Source of the DNA: Malacoraja senta
Taxonomy: Eukaryota
DNA length: 64,000 bases
NCBI GenBank assembly: GCA_038087875.1
Contig: CM075993.1
Location: forward strand, 682,001-746,000
Direction of reading: 5' to 3'
This document shows, in pieces, positions 39,301-53,049 of this stretch (its first letter is position 1; every line of letters starts with the position of its first letter). A program made the position numbers and the translations under genes. The notes beneath the pieces were generated by a model. The model did no database searches. It saw nothing but the letters and a program-made list of their open reading frames with translations, and was not told the DNA's origin.

Positions 39301-39648
39301 CTCAGGCCAACTCAAAATAGTTCTATCCTGCAGCCTTCCATGTGTCACCTTTCCCCAAGTATTTATCCACTCTCCAAGCTTGTGGCCAAAAGCCATTCCG
39401 CTTTAACACCAATTGCTATCTGATCTGTAAAAGCACATATCATTATTATAATTCCATTCCACTTTACTGTTAAAACCAACATACAGCTGATAACCATTGC
39501 TTACCTCCATCCAGACCCAAGCAGAAAGCTCCTGTCTCTTCACCTGATGATCACTAACTCTGGGTGAGCTATTTCAGATAGTGTGTGAAGCACCCGAAGA
39601 AGAAAGGTAAATTGTCCATTTTTGGGCATAGTTATTGTTTATGGAATA

Positions 39649-40057
39649 CAGTAAAACTCTAATAATCCAGAATGATTGTGTGGAAATCCCCATGGTTGGG
39701 CATTGACTAGCACATTAGACGCAGCGAGCATGATGTGGAGCCCAGAATGCAAGCAGAGTTGTGGTTAGGAGCTGGAGTGCCTTAATGCTTCAGATTGCCG
39801 TGACAAGCAAAAACATAAGTTAAATTTACAAACGGGATTCACCAGATTTAATCACCCCTCCTTTTAAACCTACAGGGCCCAGCTACCAGTGTCATTTAAT
39901 TAATTGGATCAATTGAAATATTATATTAATGTATAACATGTGAATCGGTTAAATAAAATATATTAGGGTATTAATGGAAGCAACATTCAACAGATCAGAA
40001 GATTTGCTAATCCAGCAACACCAAAGTCCACAGTGTCGGATTACGAGAGTTTTATTG
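39649..40057. mobile_element. Tigger/pogo-like MITE
   Basis: TA|cagtaaaactctaataatcc ... ggattacgagagttttattg|TA. Confidence 0.7.
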
Positions 40058-42696
40058 TAGTCTTTCCTACCTTCTCTTACTGAAGATCTAGTGTTGGAGT
40101 TAGTGCAGATGCATTTAACCAAAAGAACACCCGGAGTTAACAACTTGTGACCTCTTACCACTCCTTGTTTCAACCAATTTGTTACAACCATCTACATAAC
40201 TAGAAGGTCCCTGGAAAATTGATCCTTAATGAAATCAAGCATGAGGGTCAATTCAATTGGGATATTGGCATTCAGTGTTTAGTGCACCAGTACTGAGTGA
40301 TTGGCTTCCTTTGGTCACAGAAACCGGAGATACTGTTGTTGGAAGGTGGCTGCACCGTCAGACAACACAGAAAGGTTGTACTAATTGAACAGGTAGGCGA
40401 GGACCCTTCATGATTTCATAGCTATGGGTGAAAACAGTCAGCTTTATATTTTCCCTGCATGTAAATATTTAGTTTCAGAGTTATTTATGCCTCCAAGATA
40501 TTGCATAATGCTTCACTAAAGTAAATTTATTTTGAAAAATAACATTTTAAGAAATAGCGTAGCAGCCTATTTTACACAGCAAAGTCCTATAAACCAGCAA
40601 TGAGATGAACCACAATTTCTATTTTCGATTGAGGGATTACTGCTAGTTTGGACACCAATAAACCAAAGGAACCACAAACATAATTGTCATGCAGATCAGC
40701 TCAAACTAAATAACCTGAAAGTTACATTGTGTTGCAAACATGTGTGGAAAAAAAAATGCGTTTTACTTGGGCTCTTTTATTTAGATCCCTCTGCAAACAC
40801 AATCTTAGAATATTCAATTGGAGCTCCTTGATCAGGTACCCTCTAGTAACTACGACCTTCACCGTGACAAACAAGATGAAGCTCAAGAAGTTATGCAGAT
40901 CATTAATCAAGTTCTCATTCTTTTAAAAAAGAACAACTTCAGCAATCTAATCCATCCATGGGGACAAACACTTGGTTAGTGTATGAAACTAAAAATCAGC
41001 CCTAAAAAAACTGTTTGATGTCCAGTTCAGTGATTGCTCCAGTTCAAAAAGTTTTACAGTGTAGGAACTCAAAGTGTACATTTGGGTACATTTCATCACA
41101 GACAGCAAAATATTAGTGCTGATGTAAAGGATTTCTGCTGCATCAGCAGTACCCATTTGTTCAATAGAATGTCTCGTGCCTGCATTTGAGACAGATTTAG
41201 TGAATGGATGGATGGATTTTCAGTAGACAAAACAGTAACCTCAAACCAAGAACTACACTATACTAGGGATGGCACATTTATGGAAAATTCATCAATTACT
41301 GATTCAATTATAATGACATATCAATATTTCAACACTGTTTCATTGAAATGAGAATACAACTGTGCAGTTAACAACACAAGGAAGGTGGCAGATGAAATTC
41401 AGAAGCACCAGGGGCCAAATTAATTCCAATCAACATTTGCCACAATATTGATGGTTATTGAAAAAGAACCAAATCGGTATTTTCAATACAATGTGCCACA
41501 TCATACACTATGCAGAGCTTAATAGTCTCCACCCTACCTGGCCATCTGATACCGAGTTATTGATCCTAGTGCTGCTTCCAGACCCCCCACTTTCTTCTTT
41601 CTAATGAGAGAACACGAGACTTGTTTCCATGTTGTCAATGCTTTAACCGCAACTATTCTGAATTTGTATAATATATTGTAAATTACTAAATATTATGACT
41701 ATAACATCAACTAAACGATATGATTTATTTGCACATTATACCCAGCCCAATAAAGTGTGCACCCCTACACTTATACAAATTTAATGCTATTCAGCAAATT
41801 ATTTATTCTGATAAAGAACTGTAAAGATGCTGCCAGAGTGCAAGGGCCCAGCCAGATAAACACCCAGACACAACAAACAAAGAATCATCACGTGGATTGG
41901 GATATTATGCTTTCTAATAATTATATATAATGTTCAAGAACCCACCTATCTATTGAAAGAAAATCTAATGGAAAAGCATGAAACATTGAAACAAAGGGTC
42001 TACTTACAAACGAGTTAGCCAGTCCCAGCTAAAAGCACAGCAGGCAGAGTCCATGGAGAATAGATTTTGGTGAAGTTAGGTGATGGCAACATAATTAAAC
42101 AATATCAATGGAAGGCACGCAATACAGAGCATATGTTGTGTTGCTGCAGTAGTGAATAGGAAATGGTGGAAACCATCAAGATCCATGGGTCCAGTAAACA
42201 TCTGCTGCTCCAGGAAATTTAGCTCAGAGTTGAAGATCTGGAGTTCAAGATTCAGAACTACTAGGCACAAATCACTTCTAAAATGTTTCAGAAACTATTT
42301 ACACCCCTTTGATTAATTAGTGTAAAATCGATCCGTGAAATGAGCCAAAATGCTGCGTATATGAAAGAGGCACCTACAGGGATACAGAAGTTAACACTGT
42401 AGGAGTCTCAACCCACAATGAAAATCAAAACACTGCAGATGATGAGAGTCTGAAATAAAAACAGCTTGCAATACTCAGACAGCATCAGTAGAAAGACAAA
42501 CAGAGTTAAGATTTCCAATTGAATTTCTGACAAAAGGGTCTTCTATCCCTCTTTCCATAGATGCTACCTGATCTGCCGAGGGTTACGAGCATCTCCTTCT
42601 TTGAGTGCAACCCATGTAGATGCCCAACAGGTATTAGATTCTTGTAGCCTTTGTTGATGAGAGAAAAGATTGCAAACAGAATGAGCAAATATAAGG

Positions 42697-42804
42697 TACA
42701 CAAAAATGCTGGAGAAACTCAGCGGGTGCAGCAGCATCTATGGAGCGAAGGAAATAGGTAACGTTTCGGGCCGAAACCCTTCTGGATTTACTCTAAATTT
42801 CCTG
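42697..42804 (-). mobile_element. Young single-arm insertion of the fold-back family
   Basis: 14-bp TSD gagcaaatataagg (42683-42696, 42805-42818); near-identical to the arm at 28039-28128 but truncated within the core. Confidence 0.85.
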
Positions 42805-44509
42805 GAGCAAATATAAGGAGCTATTAAAATTGGGAGAGAGAAAAGGAACATGTTGATAATAGGGGCAATAGGGTTGCGCAGACAGATATTGTTCTCTGCA
42901 GCTGCGAGCGAGTCTCAAAGGTCATCTCACCAGGGTTAACAACATTCCTTCAGGCTTGTACAGGAACTTGGAGTGGGAAGGAAGGATCTAGTTATATTGG
43001 GCGATTAGGGGTGGGGGGGGGGGGGTGTGGGGGAAAGAGAAAAGTGAAGTTCTATTGATGAAATACCAAGCAACTGGGCCCAAATTGAAAAGCAAAGCCA
43101 CAACAATTTAAACTCTTTAGACAATTTAGTGAGTCCCTTCGGTCTAACTTGCCCGCGCCGATCAACATGCTCCAACTACACAAGTCCCTCGCCTGCTTTT
43201 GGTCCATATTTCACTAAATCTATCCTATCCATGTACTAGTCCAATTTTTGTGATAGTACCTGCCTCAACTACCTCCTCCAGCAGTTTGTTCCATTATACC
43301 TACCACCCCTTACGTTAAAAAGTTGCCCTTCAGATTCCTATTAAATCTTTTCCTCTCAAGACCCTAGACACCTCTATAAGATCACCCCTCATCCTCCAGC
43401 GCTAAAAGGAATAAAGTCCTCGCCTGCTCAACCCTCCAGTCATCCAGTCCTGGCAACATCCTTGTAAATCTCTGCAACAGATTACTACCTATGACTAGAA
43501 AATCCAATTTGCAAAAGAATCAATAAGATCAGCGAATATGTGGTTCAAAGTGGGGCGATGAAGAAATGTGTTTCAATTCATGGAGCAGGAGTACTGGAAA
43601 AATAAGACTGAGTGAAACATAAAACTATGCCTGAAAATAAGACCTTAAACTGAATAGGCAGTGGAAAAAAGTGATGGGGGAAATTTAGCAATTTAAAAAG
43701 GGACCAGTTAATAGTGATTTGGATTACAAATAGGTAATTAAAACCAGAATGAGCCCAGAAAGGACAGTGCATGAAGATATGATATTAGAAATGCCGATCC
43801 AATTGGTCAGAATAGGAAAAGCTGGTAGAAACCTAAACTAGTATGGTCTTTATCTCAATGCATCAGTGTTCATAACATAAATTAATGACACAAAAATAAA
43901 TAGACACGACCTACATTTGCACTCACATATGCATTCACAGGAACAAGAACGTAAATGGAATTAGTGCCACATAGTCATTACAGCATCATATACAGAGAAA
44001 TGCATTGCAATGCAAAGAACTTGGCATAAATGCTTTCTCTCCCCACCTTCTCTGGAAACAACACAGCGGTTGCTGGCCATTAGGCTTGTTATAGACAAAA
44101 CCCCAATCTGGGGAAAGCTGTGCAGCCAAGCAGAGACTGTCAGCACATGGGCCATGCTCATTGTGAACACCATTGCCCAAGCCTGCCCTCACATGCAGTC
44201 ATGTGGGAGGCCAGTGAAGGGTCTAGAGGATCTGATGCATTAACTGTTTCGCTATCCACAGATGCTGCTGACCAGCTGATGGTTTCCACCCCCTACAGCA
44301 GCACCCAACCTGAACATTTCCATTTATAAAGCAAATGGGTATGACTCAATGTTCAGGGTATTGTTCTCTGAGGCTGCAAGCGAGTCTCAAAGGAGTAAGT
44401 GCCCCATAACAAATCTAAGGATGAGACAAGGGTACCAGTGCAATAGTCATTAGAAAGACAAGCAGGATCTTGATCAGTTGGGCAGGTGGTACGAGGTTGA
44501 TGGACCACC

Positions 44510-45263
44510 AGGGGCGCCATACGATTGGCAGCCCCGCCAACAGTCTGTTTGTTTTTTCGTCTTTTAAAAAAAAAAATTAGTGTGTTAAAAGTTTGTGTGA
44601 ATGTTCTCCGGTTTGTTTTATGTGGAGGGAGGGGTCGGGGTCGGGGAAACTTTTTTTTCCAGTTTCTTACCTGGCCTGAGATGCGATTAATTTACGGATC
44701 GCATTCTCCGGTCGCTCTGCGGACTACCATCGATGGAGCTGGAGGCCTCCTCGGAACGACATTGGGCGCCACCGCGGGGTGCGGACTTACATCGGAGTCG
44801 ATCCCTTGCCTGGGATCGCTCCAATAACGGCCTGCGGACTTTACACCTGGAGCTCGCAGTCTCGGGAGTGGCCGTGGATGTTGGGAGCTCCAATGTCGTG
44901 GAAGGTTCAACCAGCCCCGACGTGATGTTCCATCGTCCGGCACGAGGGAGCTGATATCCCCCCCGATGCAGCAGCAGATCGCCTCGACACGGAGGGCCCG
45001 CCGCCAGCTACGGAAGTCAAGATCATCCTGACAACGGAGGGCTCGAGGCCCCCGACCGCGGGAGAGCAAAGGGAAGAGATTGAACTTTTTTTCACCTTGT
45101 ATCACAGAGAGGAATGTGGAGGAGTCACTGTGGTGGATGTTTATGATAAAATGTGTTTTGTGCATTCTGTTGCTTTTTATTTGTATGACTGACTTGGCAA
45201 ATGCAATTCCTCGTATGTTACAAAACATAATTGGCCAATAAAGTATTATTATGATTGTGATTG
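44510..45263 (+). mobile_element. Unclassified CpG-rich interspersed element inserted in a CR1 fragment
   Basis: Abrupt CpG-rich block ending aataaagtattattatgattgtgattg; CR1-like sequence on both sides. Confidence 0.55.
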
Positions 45264-46299
45264 ACTGTGGAATTTAATACAAAGAAGTGCAAGGTGTGTT
45301 TTGAATGGTCTAGATACTTGAGTGTATAAATCTAAAAGATAGCAGGAAAGTACAAGAAATAGTTACAAGGACAAATGGCATTTTGGTCTTCATCACAAAG
45401 GGGTTGCTGCAATTGTACTGGGTGTTTATGAGGCCTCGCCTGGAATTTCACCGAGTTTTGGGCTGACCTAAAAGGATACCGTAACATTGGAGATAGTACT
45501 AATGAGATTCACTTCGCTAAACATCAACAATTCCTTCCCCCGCCTCACAGATGCTGCTCGACCTGCCGAGTTTCTTCTTTTGCTCCAGATTCCTGTACTT
45601 GCAGGGAATAGGCAGGCCATCCACAAATATTGATCTGCCTTTTCTCTCTATGTTAGTACTGGTCAGTCAATGGTTGGTATGGACACAATCAGCCACCAAA
45701 AGGCCTGTTTTTGTATTGTACAACCCTATAAATATCTGTAATATTAACTCGGGTTCACTCTCTTCACAGGCACTAACTGATCTGCTGGCCATTACTCGAT
45801 TTCTCCCTTCGGTTTCGACTCCAAAAACCTCTGGCCTACATTTCACCGGTTTTACATGCCCATTTGTTTGCTTTCTCTCTAACTTCCCTCATTAGACTAT
45901 TAACCAGCAGCTCATTAACTGAGGAATCACATAACATTAGATTCATCCAAACAGAGATATTTCCTTTGTCCTGTGCATTACTCCCACATCTTCTTTGCAA
46001 CTTAAAACAAACTTACTTGCTCAGCTGAAATATTAACTTCTTACCACAGTTGCTGCCTGATCTGCTGAGTAATTCCAACATTTTGTTTTATTTCAGATTC
46101 CCAGCATCTGCGGGTTTTTGATTTTCAAAACATTGAAACAAATTAATTTTTGACAAAATTGTTAAGAATTCATTTTGCAGTAGTAACTAGCAGAATAGGT
46201 GAAAGGATAAATGATATAGTCAGAGTTGTACAGCACAGAGACGGGCCCTTCGGCTCACCACTCCAATCGTTTTTCCCATCTACTTAATGTGGTCTGCTT

Positions 46300-47275
46300 G
46301 AACTTTCAGAAAGATTTCATAAGATGCCACACAAGGAAAGGAACAGCTCACAGCATTGGAGACAAGATTCTAGAATGGTTGGGTATTGGTTAACCAACCA
46401 AAAACAGCAGGGTTCAACACAATGTTTTCACTCTGGAAAGCTGCACATAAATCAATGCCGTGTCTCGTATGCCCATAGGTTACATCAGTGAAGTTAATGA
46501 GAATCATGGATTATATCTCTCCTTATGATGCAAAGCCGAGGTGGCAATGTGGGTTGTGAGAGTGATCCAGTGGGACATCAGTCGGATATCGATGTTAGGA
46601 GAATGTGCTAGCACACCGCAGATGAAAGATAGTGCGGAAAATTGTGAGTTTATCCACTTCAATAGAAAGTTGGAGTATTTTTTAAATGGAAATTCGAAAG
46701 GCGTTGGTGTTCAAAGAGACTGCATGTTCTTTTACATTAATCAAAGTTAAGACACAGATACAGCAATCAAATATAAAGGAAAATAGCGAGTCGGCCTCTT
46801 ATATGAACAGTGATGTCTCGTGCAATTACATAGGCCCTGCTACGACTGTCTGGAATATTATGTACATGTCTCCCAAACTAAGGAAGGACCTGCTGCACAA
46901 GATTGATTCCTGGAACAGCAAAATTGCTTTATGAGGAGAAATCAAACAACAGGCATGATAGTGTTTACAAGAATGAGACCCTATCTCATTGAAGCATTCA
47001 AAAATATTACTGGCTCAATTGTAAAGATGAGGAGTTGGACATTCAGGGCAAAAGTGACATTGACATTTTACACAGACAGTATGGCCTTAGGCTGTGGAGG
47101 TTAAGCAACAGAGTATATTTGTGGCAGAAACTTATAGATTTTTAAATATTAAAGGAATGCAGGGGGCATGAGGTCAGTGTAGGAAAACTGAGCTGAGGTA
47201 ACAGACTATCCATGATCTTATTGAATGGCAAAGCAGACGTATGAGACTGCAGGGCCCACTCCTTCTTCTATTCCT
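46300..47275 (+). mobile_element. Old CR1 LINE remnant
   Basis: Degenerate RT-to-tail CR1 motifs. Confidence 0.6.
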
Positions 47276-48770
47276 ACCAATCTTGCACTCTGCATCATCT
47301 TCTCCGTCTGTTTTATGACACGTTAAATCATTTTTGTTTGTGTTTCAGTCATAGGGTATATTTAGCAATGCGCAGCATTTCAACTCATTCAATCTAGGAT
47401 CTAATGAGAGGACGTTTAAAAGATTTCAGTGCTGGTTGCTTTCTGAGATCACAATTACATGACTGCTGGCAAGCCATATATAGCCACAGCCTTAACTTCA
47501 CTTATAATAGTAACAGGGAGTGTGACCACCAGATCAGGTTTTTGAGAATTAAGCACTAGGTTAGTGTCTGTAAGAGTTGTTGTTAGACACTGTAACCAAC
47601 AAGGTATAAAGAAAATTATGGGGCTTGGGAAAAAGCTTCCCAAACAATATTTTTAAATAAAACTCAAAAGAAGAAAAATAACTATTTTCCAATGGTCAAC
47701 AGAAAGGGTCAACTTGGTGGCTAATGTGTTATGATACGGTCTATTTGATGAAGTCTCAAATAAACATATTTCAGTATGTTTAAATCCAGACCTTAGTAAC
47801 ACAAGACACCGTAACACCTTAAAGAAATTTCATATACATAAAACCCCCACTTATTTAGAAATAGTAGTTGGCGGCCAAACAGTCAACATATTCTGAATAG
47901 ACCTGCTGTGTTATGGCGAGAGCCAGAAGCATCTTGCAGGACAATGTATTCAGTGAGAACACCTTTTGCCTAACTGTTGTTTGCCAAATATAAATTAATC
48001 TTTCACAATGTCATTAGTCTCATCAAGTATCCAGATTCAATTAGCTTGTAAACAGAATTTAATGGCTAAACTCGGGCTCTGATAGTCTCATCAGGACAGC
48101 TGTGCGCTACCAAAATATTCCCTTTCACAATAATTCATATTTCCACACTGAATGTATCAAGCAATGCTGCAGAAAAGGAATTGATGATCAGGATCAACTG
48201 AGCAATTCGATGAGCCATAATCTACTGGGAAATATAACTGGGACAAGGCTCATTATTTAACAGATTCTGTGGAATGTTGTTTGAATTTTTCAAGATGAAA
48301 GAACTTACAGGTCTTTGAACAGCACCTGTTGCAGAAACAGAGCTTAAACCATTAAATATTGTAGAGATCGGCATTTCTTGCAGTTCATAACGTTATAGCA
48401 GTCTGCAAGGAAAGTAAAAATAACATGCATATAGTGATGTCTATTAGACCTTAAAGTACCCCGCACATTGTGCTGTAATTAGAAAAACTCATCCTTTGGC
48501 TCCAAGCTTTACCATTGATTAGCAAGAGTAAGGTGTGTTCATTTGAGAGGTAGCTTGCTCCAGAACTGATCAATAGTTTGTGCCTGGTGCTTAGGAAAAT
48601 TCACCAAGAATTTGTACACTACGATAAGTTGCTATAGTTTCAGTAAGTTGAATGACTGTTGCACTAATGCAAAGCCCAGGATAAAGATGAGAATCTTATT
48701 GAGACAGCACAATGGAGGCCAAATTGATCTTATTTCGAATGCCTTATGCCCTTCAGTACAACACACTCAC

Positions 48771-48915
48771 CGAGTTAGGATAATTCAGGTAGCAGATCGC
48801 ACAAACCATGTCTTGTGAGGATGATCTTGTGTTCATCTGACGTGTTCGAGATTTTCTATAAGGGTTAACTACATGACACTCTGCAAAAAGTTTCTCCAGG
48901 TTCCCATCAAAATAC
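48771..48915 (-). CDS. ARIH1: ARIH1 exon 3 ([48 protein letters not shown])
   Basis: 145 nt, cag/gtgag; absent from the ORF track. Confidence 0.97.
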
Positions 48916-51900
48916 CTGTAACATTAAAGTTTGCCATTACCTAAAGTAATCACATTGTAGTTTGAAGTTCACTTTTAAATCATCGCACAGTAACACTTTC
49001 ATAATAGGTATCCGTAACACACTATACAATCTTATTATTCACAAATACATCTGCAATGGGAAATTGGTGGGGACAATGTCAGGCTACAAGTACATGGATT
49101 ACTGCAGAAGATATCACACAACCACACCACAAAATGAAGGCATGGTTACATCAATAGTAAGAACAGCAGGAGATCTGAAAGCCCCCGAATCAAAAGATCA
49201 CCCATCCTTTTTCTCCAGAGATGCTGCCTGACCCGCTGAGTTACTCCAGCACTTTGTGTCGATCTTAGGAGTAGGACACCTGTGTCTTCAAACCTCCTCG
49301 ATCATTCATCTTCTAATACAGTTTCATTTTCCAGCGCTATCCACGAATCGTTGAGCCTACACTGTTATCCGGGATAGAGAATTCCAAAATTTACTCTTTC
49401 CAGTGAAAAACCTGCTCTTTATTTCCTAAACTGCCTAGCCCTGATTCTGAGACCATGACTCCCAAGCTTACACTGCTCAGTTAGGGAATATCGTCCTTTT
49501 ATCTAGCCAGTGGAGCTCTGGAAGAATTTCACCCAGTTTATTTCTCTTCCACTCCAGAACACACAGATCTCCTCTATTCACACTCAATTGGCAACGCCTT
49601 CCTCCTTCGAATATGTCTGGCAAACCTTTGCTGGATTTTCCTTTTGGTGAGTTTATAGTTTCACAGGTAAGGAGACCAAGATTGCACACAGTACTTCAGG
49701 ATTTTACATCAAGTTGCTATACAATCCCAATAAAATTTCCTTTGTTTTCAACCTTCTTAAAATAACATACTCTATTTCCTTTCCTGATTCTTTGTTCTGT
49801 CTGTTGGGTGTCAGTATTTGCCCAGTCACAATCACCTCTTCCACTCGCCCTACTTCACATGAAGACAATACCTGTTCTTTATTTTACAACTTCTTCCAAA
49901 TGCTGCTCCAGCAATTCGCTCTAGCCTCAACTAAATTTCTAGATACTCATTTCATAGATTTGCTGTGATTTCCACAATTGCACTCACACTTTGCATGAAA
50001 CAGATTCCTTTCACGTTATTAAAGCCAGGTTTTAATACAACTGCTGGGAGAAGGAAACAAAGCAAGTGGGGGGAGGGAAGAACAGGTCTGGGAGGCTCCA
50101 GCAAAGAGTTACAGCTTGGAAACAAGAACATTTAAAATAATCTAGCACTGAGAACTTTCATACAAAACTGTTGGTCAAAATAGTCACAGCCATAGACTAT
50201 CAAATTATAGTCAACGTGGTTCCATTCAATCCAAATTATCTGTGTTGCGCACTACAAAATTGGATACATTTCATTCCAAACACTTATCCAACTTTAAATG
50301 TAGCCATGACCATTTTTCTTCTATCTGGAACTGTAAGCTATAAGAAAATTCTATGATTTATTGTGCTTGTCAGGGCCCAGTGTTTGGAGAGATATCATAT
50401 ACTCAACATGGTCGTATAGTAAGAAAAACCTTTGTTGTAACTATGCAGAGATTTTAAGATGGCACATGTATATCTGAAGGGTAGAAAATGTAAAATGGAG
50501 CTGCTATCTCGGAGATGTCTGGGGAAAAAAACTGCCGTTTTCAACTCCTCCTGAAGTGCAGGGGTGCTTTTTCTTCTCTCAGAATTTCATATTAATGTAT
50601 TCAAAATAAATAATCTAACTGGGAAGGTGCTCCAGGTTTTCATGGTCAGTCTAAGTGAAAACTCTTTTGCGATTCTTGAACTTTTGTGTAACATGCTCCA
50701 CAGGATATCCCTGATTGGAAGTTCCCCAGCTTGCCTGAGCCATAATCAAATCAGCAACTGTGGAAGGATAGCAAGTCAATATCAGTATTTAACTAATGAA
50801 ATGATACGGTGAGAAACAAACCATTCTTGATTCCGCAAATTAATTATTTCTGCTGTTCAACCCTTATTATTTGTTTGCTAACGTTCAGTTACTCCACAAA
50901 CTTGTGTCAACAGAAATGAATGGCCTGAGACGTACAGATTGCATAAGGAAACAAAGAAAGCCCTCTGCTCTCATTACAAATCTGATGAATGTAAATGAGC
51001 AAAATCTGTGCACCGCATTACAGCTTTCCAAACGAGCAGAAGGCTTGGATACAGGTTTCTTTGTTTTGCATGGAGCCTACAAGTTGCCGAGAATCTATTT
51101 CCTTTATGCAAGAAAGGAATATTCATCAAATGCACAACTGCATTGACATCTCGATGTTCAGTGATGGCACTTGCACAAAATGAAACAAAAATGTGAAAAT
51201 ATTTAAGACTGAAACACTAACTTCAAACCCCCCAAGATTCACAGCGATTGCCTCTCCCTGGCATTGAGGACAATTGTCCACATCATTGGAAGTATTCAAA
51301 CAGGAAGATATCGGGAATGTCTGTCATGTCAAGGAGTTTGTTAACTCTCATTAAATTATATGTCCAGAATAAATTACCATCCCATAAATATGAAGTGATT
51401 TTTCCCATTCAAATATGTTGCTTCTAACTGAAAAGCTTTATAAAAAAGAATTAAATTAGCAGTATACCCTCCTGTAAATAACACACAGTACCACAGTGGG
51501 AGTACACATGCCAGGACTGCATGCACTAGGACTGTGAATGAGAGCGTACATGGCTTGACCAAGGCATTGGGAGCACAGAAACCATCAAAGAAAACAAGAC
51601 TTTCTTATTTTTGAAAACAGTATTCTTAGATGTGTTATGATTCTACGCCTAACAATCACCACCTGGGTTTCCTGTTTCAATTGATAACTTGGTTAACTGC
51701 AATGACTGAAAAAAAGTGAGGAGGAGTCAAGATTTATCTAATTCAGAACGGCCTGAGACAGCGACGTGAAAGAGATATAAAGCTATACTGTAAACCACTG
51801 TTGGTTAAATGACAAATAGTCCAAAGAATTGATTCAAAGCTTTCTGTACTTCAATGGGTTAGTGAATTTACATGTTGTGAATCTCTGTTCAATGTAGTCA

Positions 51901-52981
51901 ACATATGTAGTATTCAATGAATTACCAAAAATGGCTTTTCAGTATTTGACTTTACTGGAGTCTCTGATACCCCCAGAAAATATTTAAAATAGACACGACA
52001 AGATCCGATGACAAACATTCCATATATTTTGGACCCACTGAATAATTGCTTAGAGGTTAGGAAGGCAGTGCGAAAGTTCACCACATCGGGTCAATCAGTC
52101 TGTCGCATTTTATCCTTAATGCTACTGCAATTTGGAACAGGAGAAAGGAGGGTCAGAGGACCACAGGGAACAATCAACACTAAATAGAAACTATAAAAGT
52201 GTTTTGTTTTTTTAAACTAGAATATAATATTGTGGATTTATGAACACAAAATCATATTTAACAAATCTATTGAAGGTTGTGTTTGAGGATATTTGTAGAA
52301 CACATAAGCGGTAACCAAAGGATGTGGTATATATGGAATTTCAGAAAGCTTTTGACTAGATCCCATAAGACGTTAGTCACAAGGATTTTAGATCACTGGG
52401 ATCCTGGGTCATTCAGTGACATGGAATGGGAATTGGTTATTGGACAGACAGTAAAAAGTGAGAACAAATATCTCTCTAAGCTTGCCTGCTTGTGACTATT
52501 AGTACTACCTTTGTGGGATAATAATTCTGCCATCATACAAGTAATACAAATCTTTGCCCAACAGGATGCTGCTGGGACGGATCCCTCCTGTCCAAGATGC
52601 TGGTGACAACTCAACATTGTTCCAGCTTTCTTCTGATCATCGTGAATATCTGTGTTTATTAGCTTGACAGCATCACAACCTACACTAAGCTACAGGAGTA
52701 AACTAATGGCATCAATCTCCCCAGAGACCAACTTGTTGACTAAAAAGCAGGCTGCTGAAGCCAAAAGTAACCTCCAAGGCCTTCATATATTGGATCAGTG
52801 ATCACTGCAACTCAACATTGATTTCTTTCTTGTAATCTGCTTGGTCTTTTCCAACAAAAAGTGTACATTTCCATTCAGCATACAACTTAATTAAATGCCA
52901 CATACCCTCGTGCCCCACAGCTGATATCTGTTACCTCACTGTATATTAAGCATACTACATTTCACCAGAGACCAGGCTTAC

Positions 52982-53049
52982 CTTTCCATTAGTTTCTCCT
53001 TATCCCAGTTGAAGTGACTGAGAAGTATCCTTGTGATAGTAGCTGGATT
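52982..53049 (-). CDS. ARIH1: ARIH1 exon 2 ([23 protein letters not shown]); exon 1 lies beyond 64000
   Basis: 68 nt, cag/gtaag; identical to the remembered human sequence. Confidence 0.97.

Noticed and set aside
42886-44393. About 35-bp direct repeat (tattgttctctg..gctgc.agcgagtctcaaagg) near 42886 and 44359
   Set aside because: Looks like pieces of a decayed CR1 ORF1 region rather than a TSD or regulatory repeat
44525-45228. ORFs of 60-178 aa on both strands
   Set aside because: No recognisable motifs; expected by chance in a GC-rich repeat
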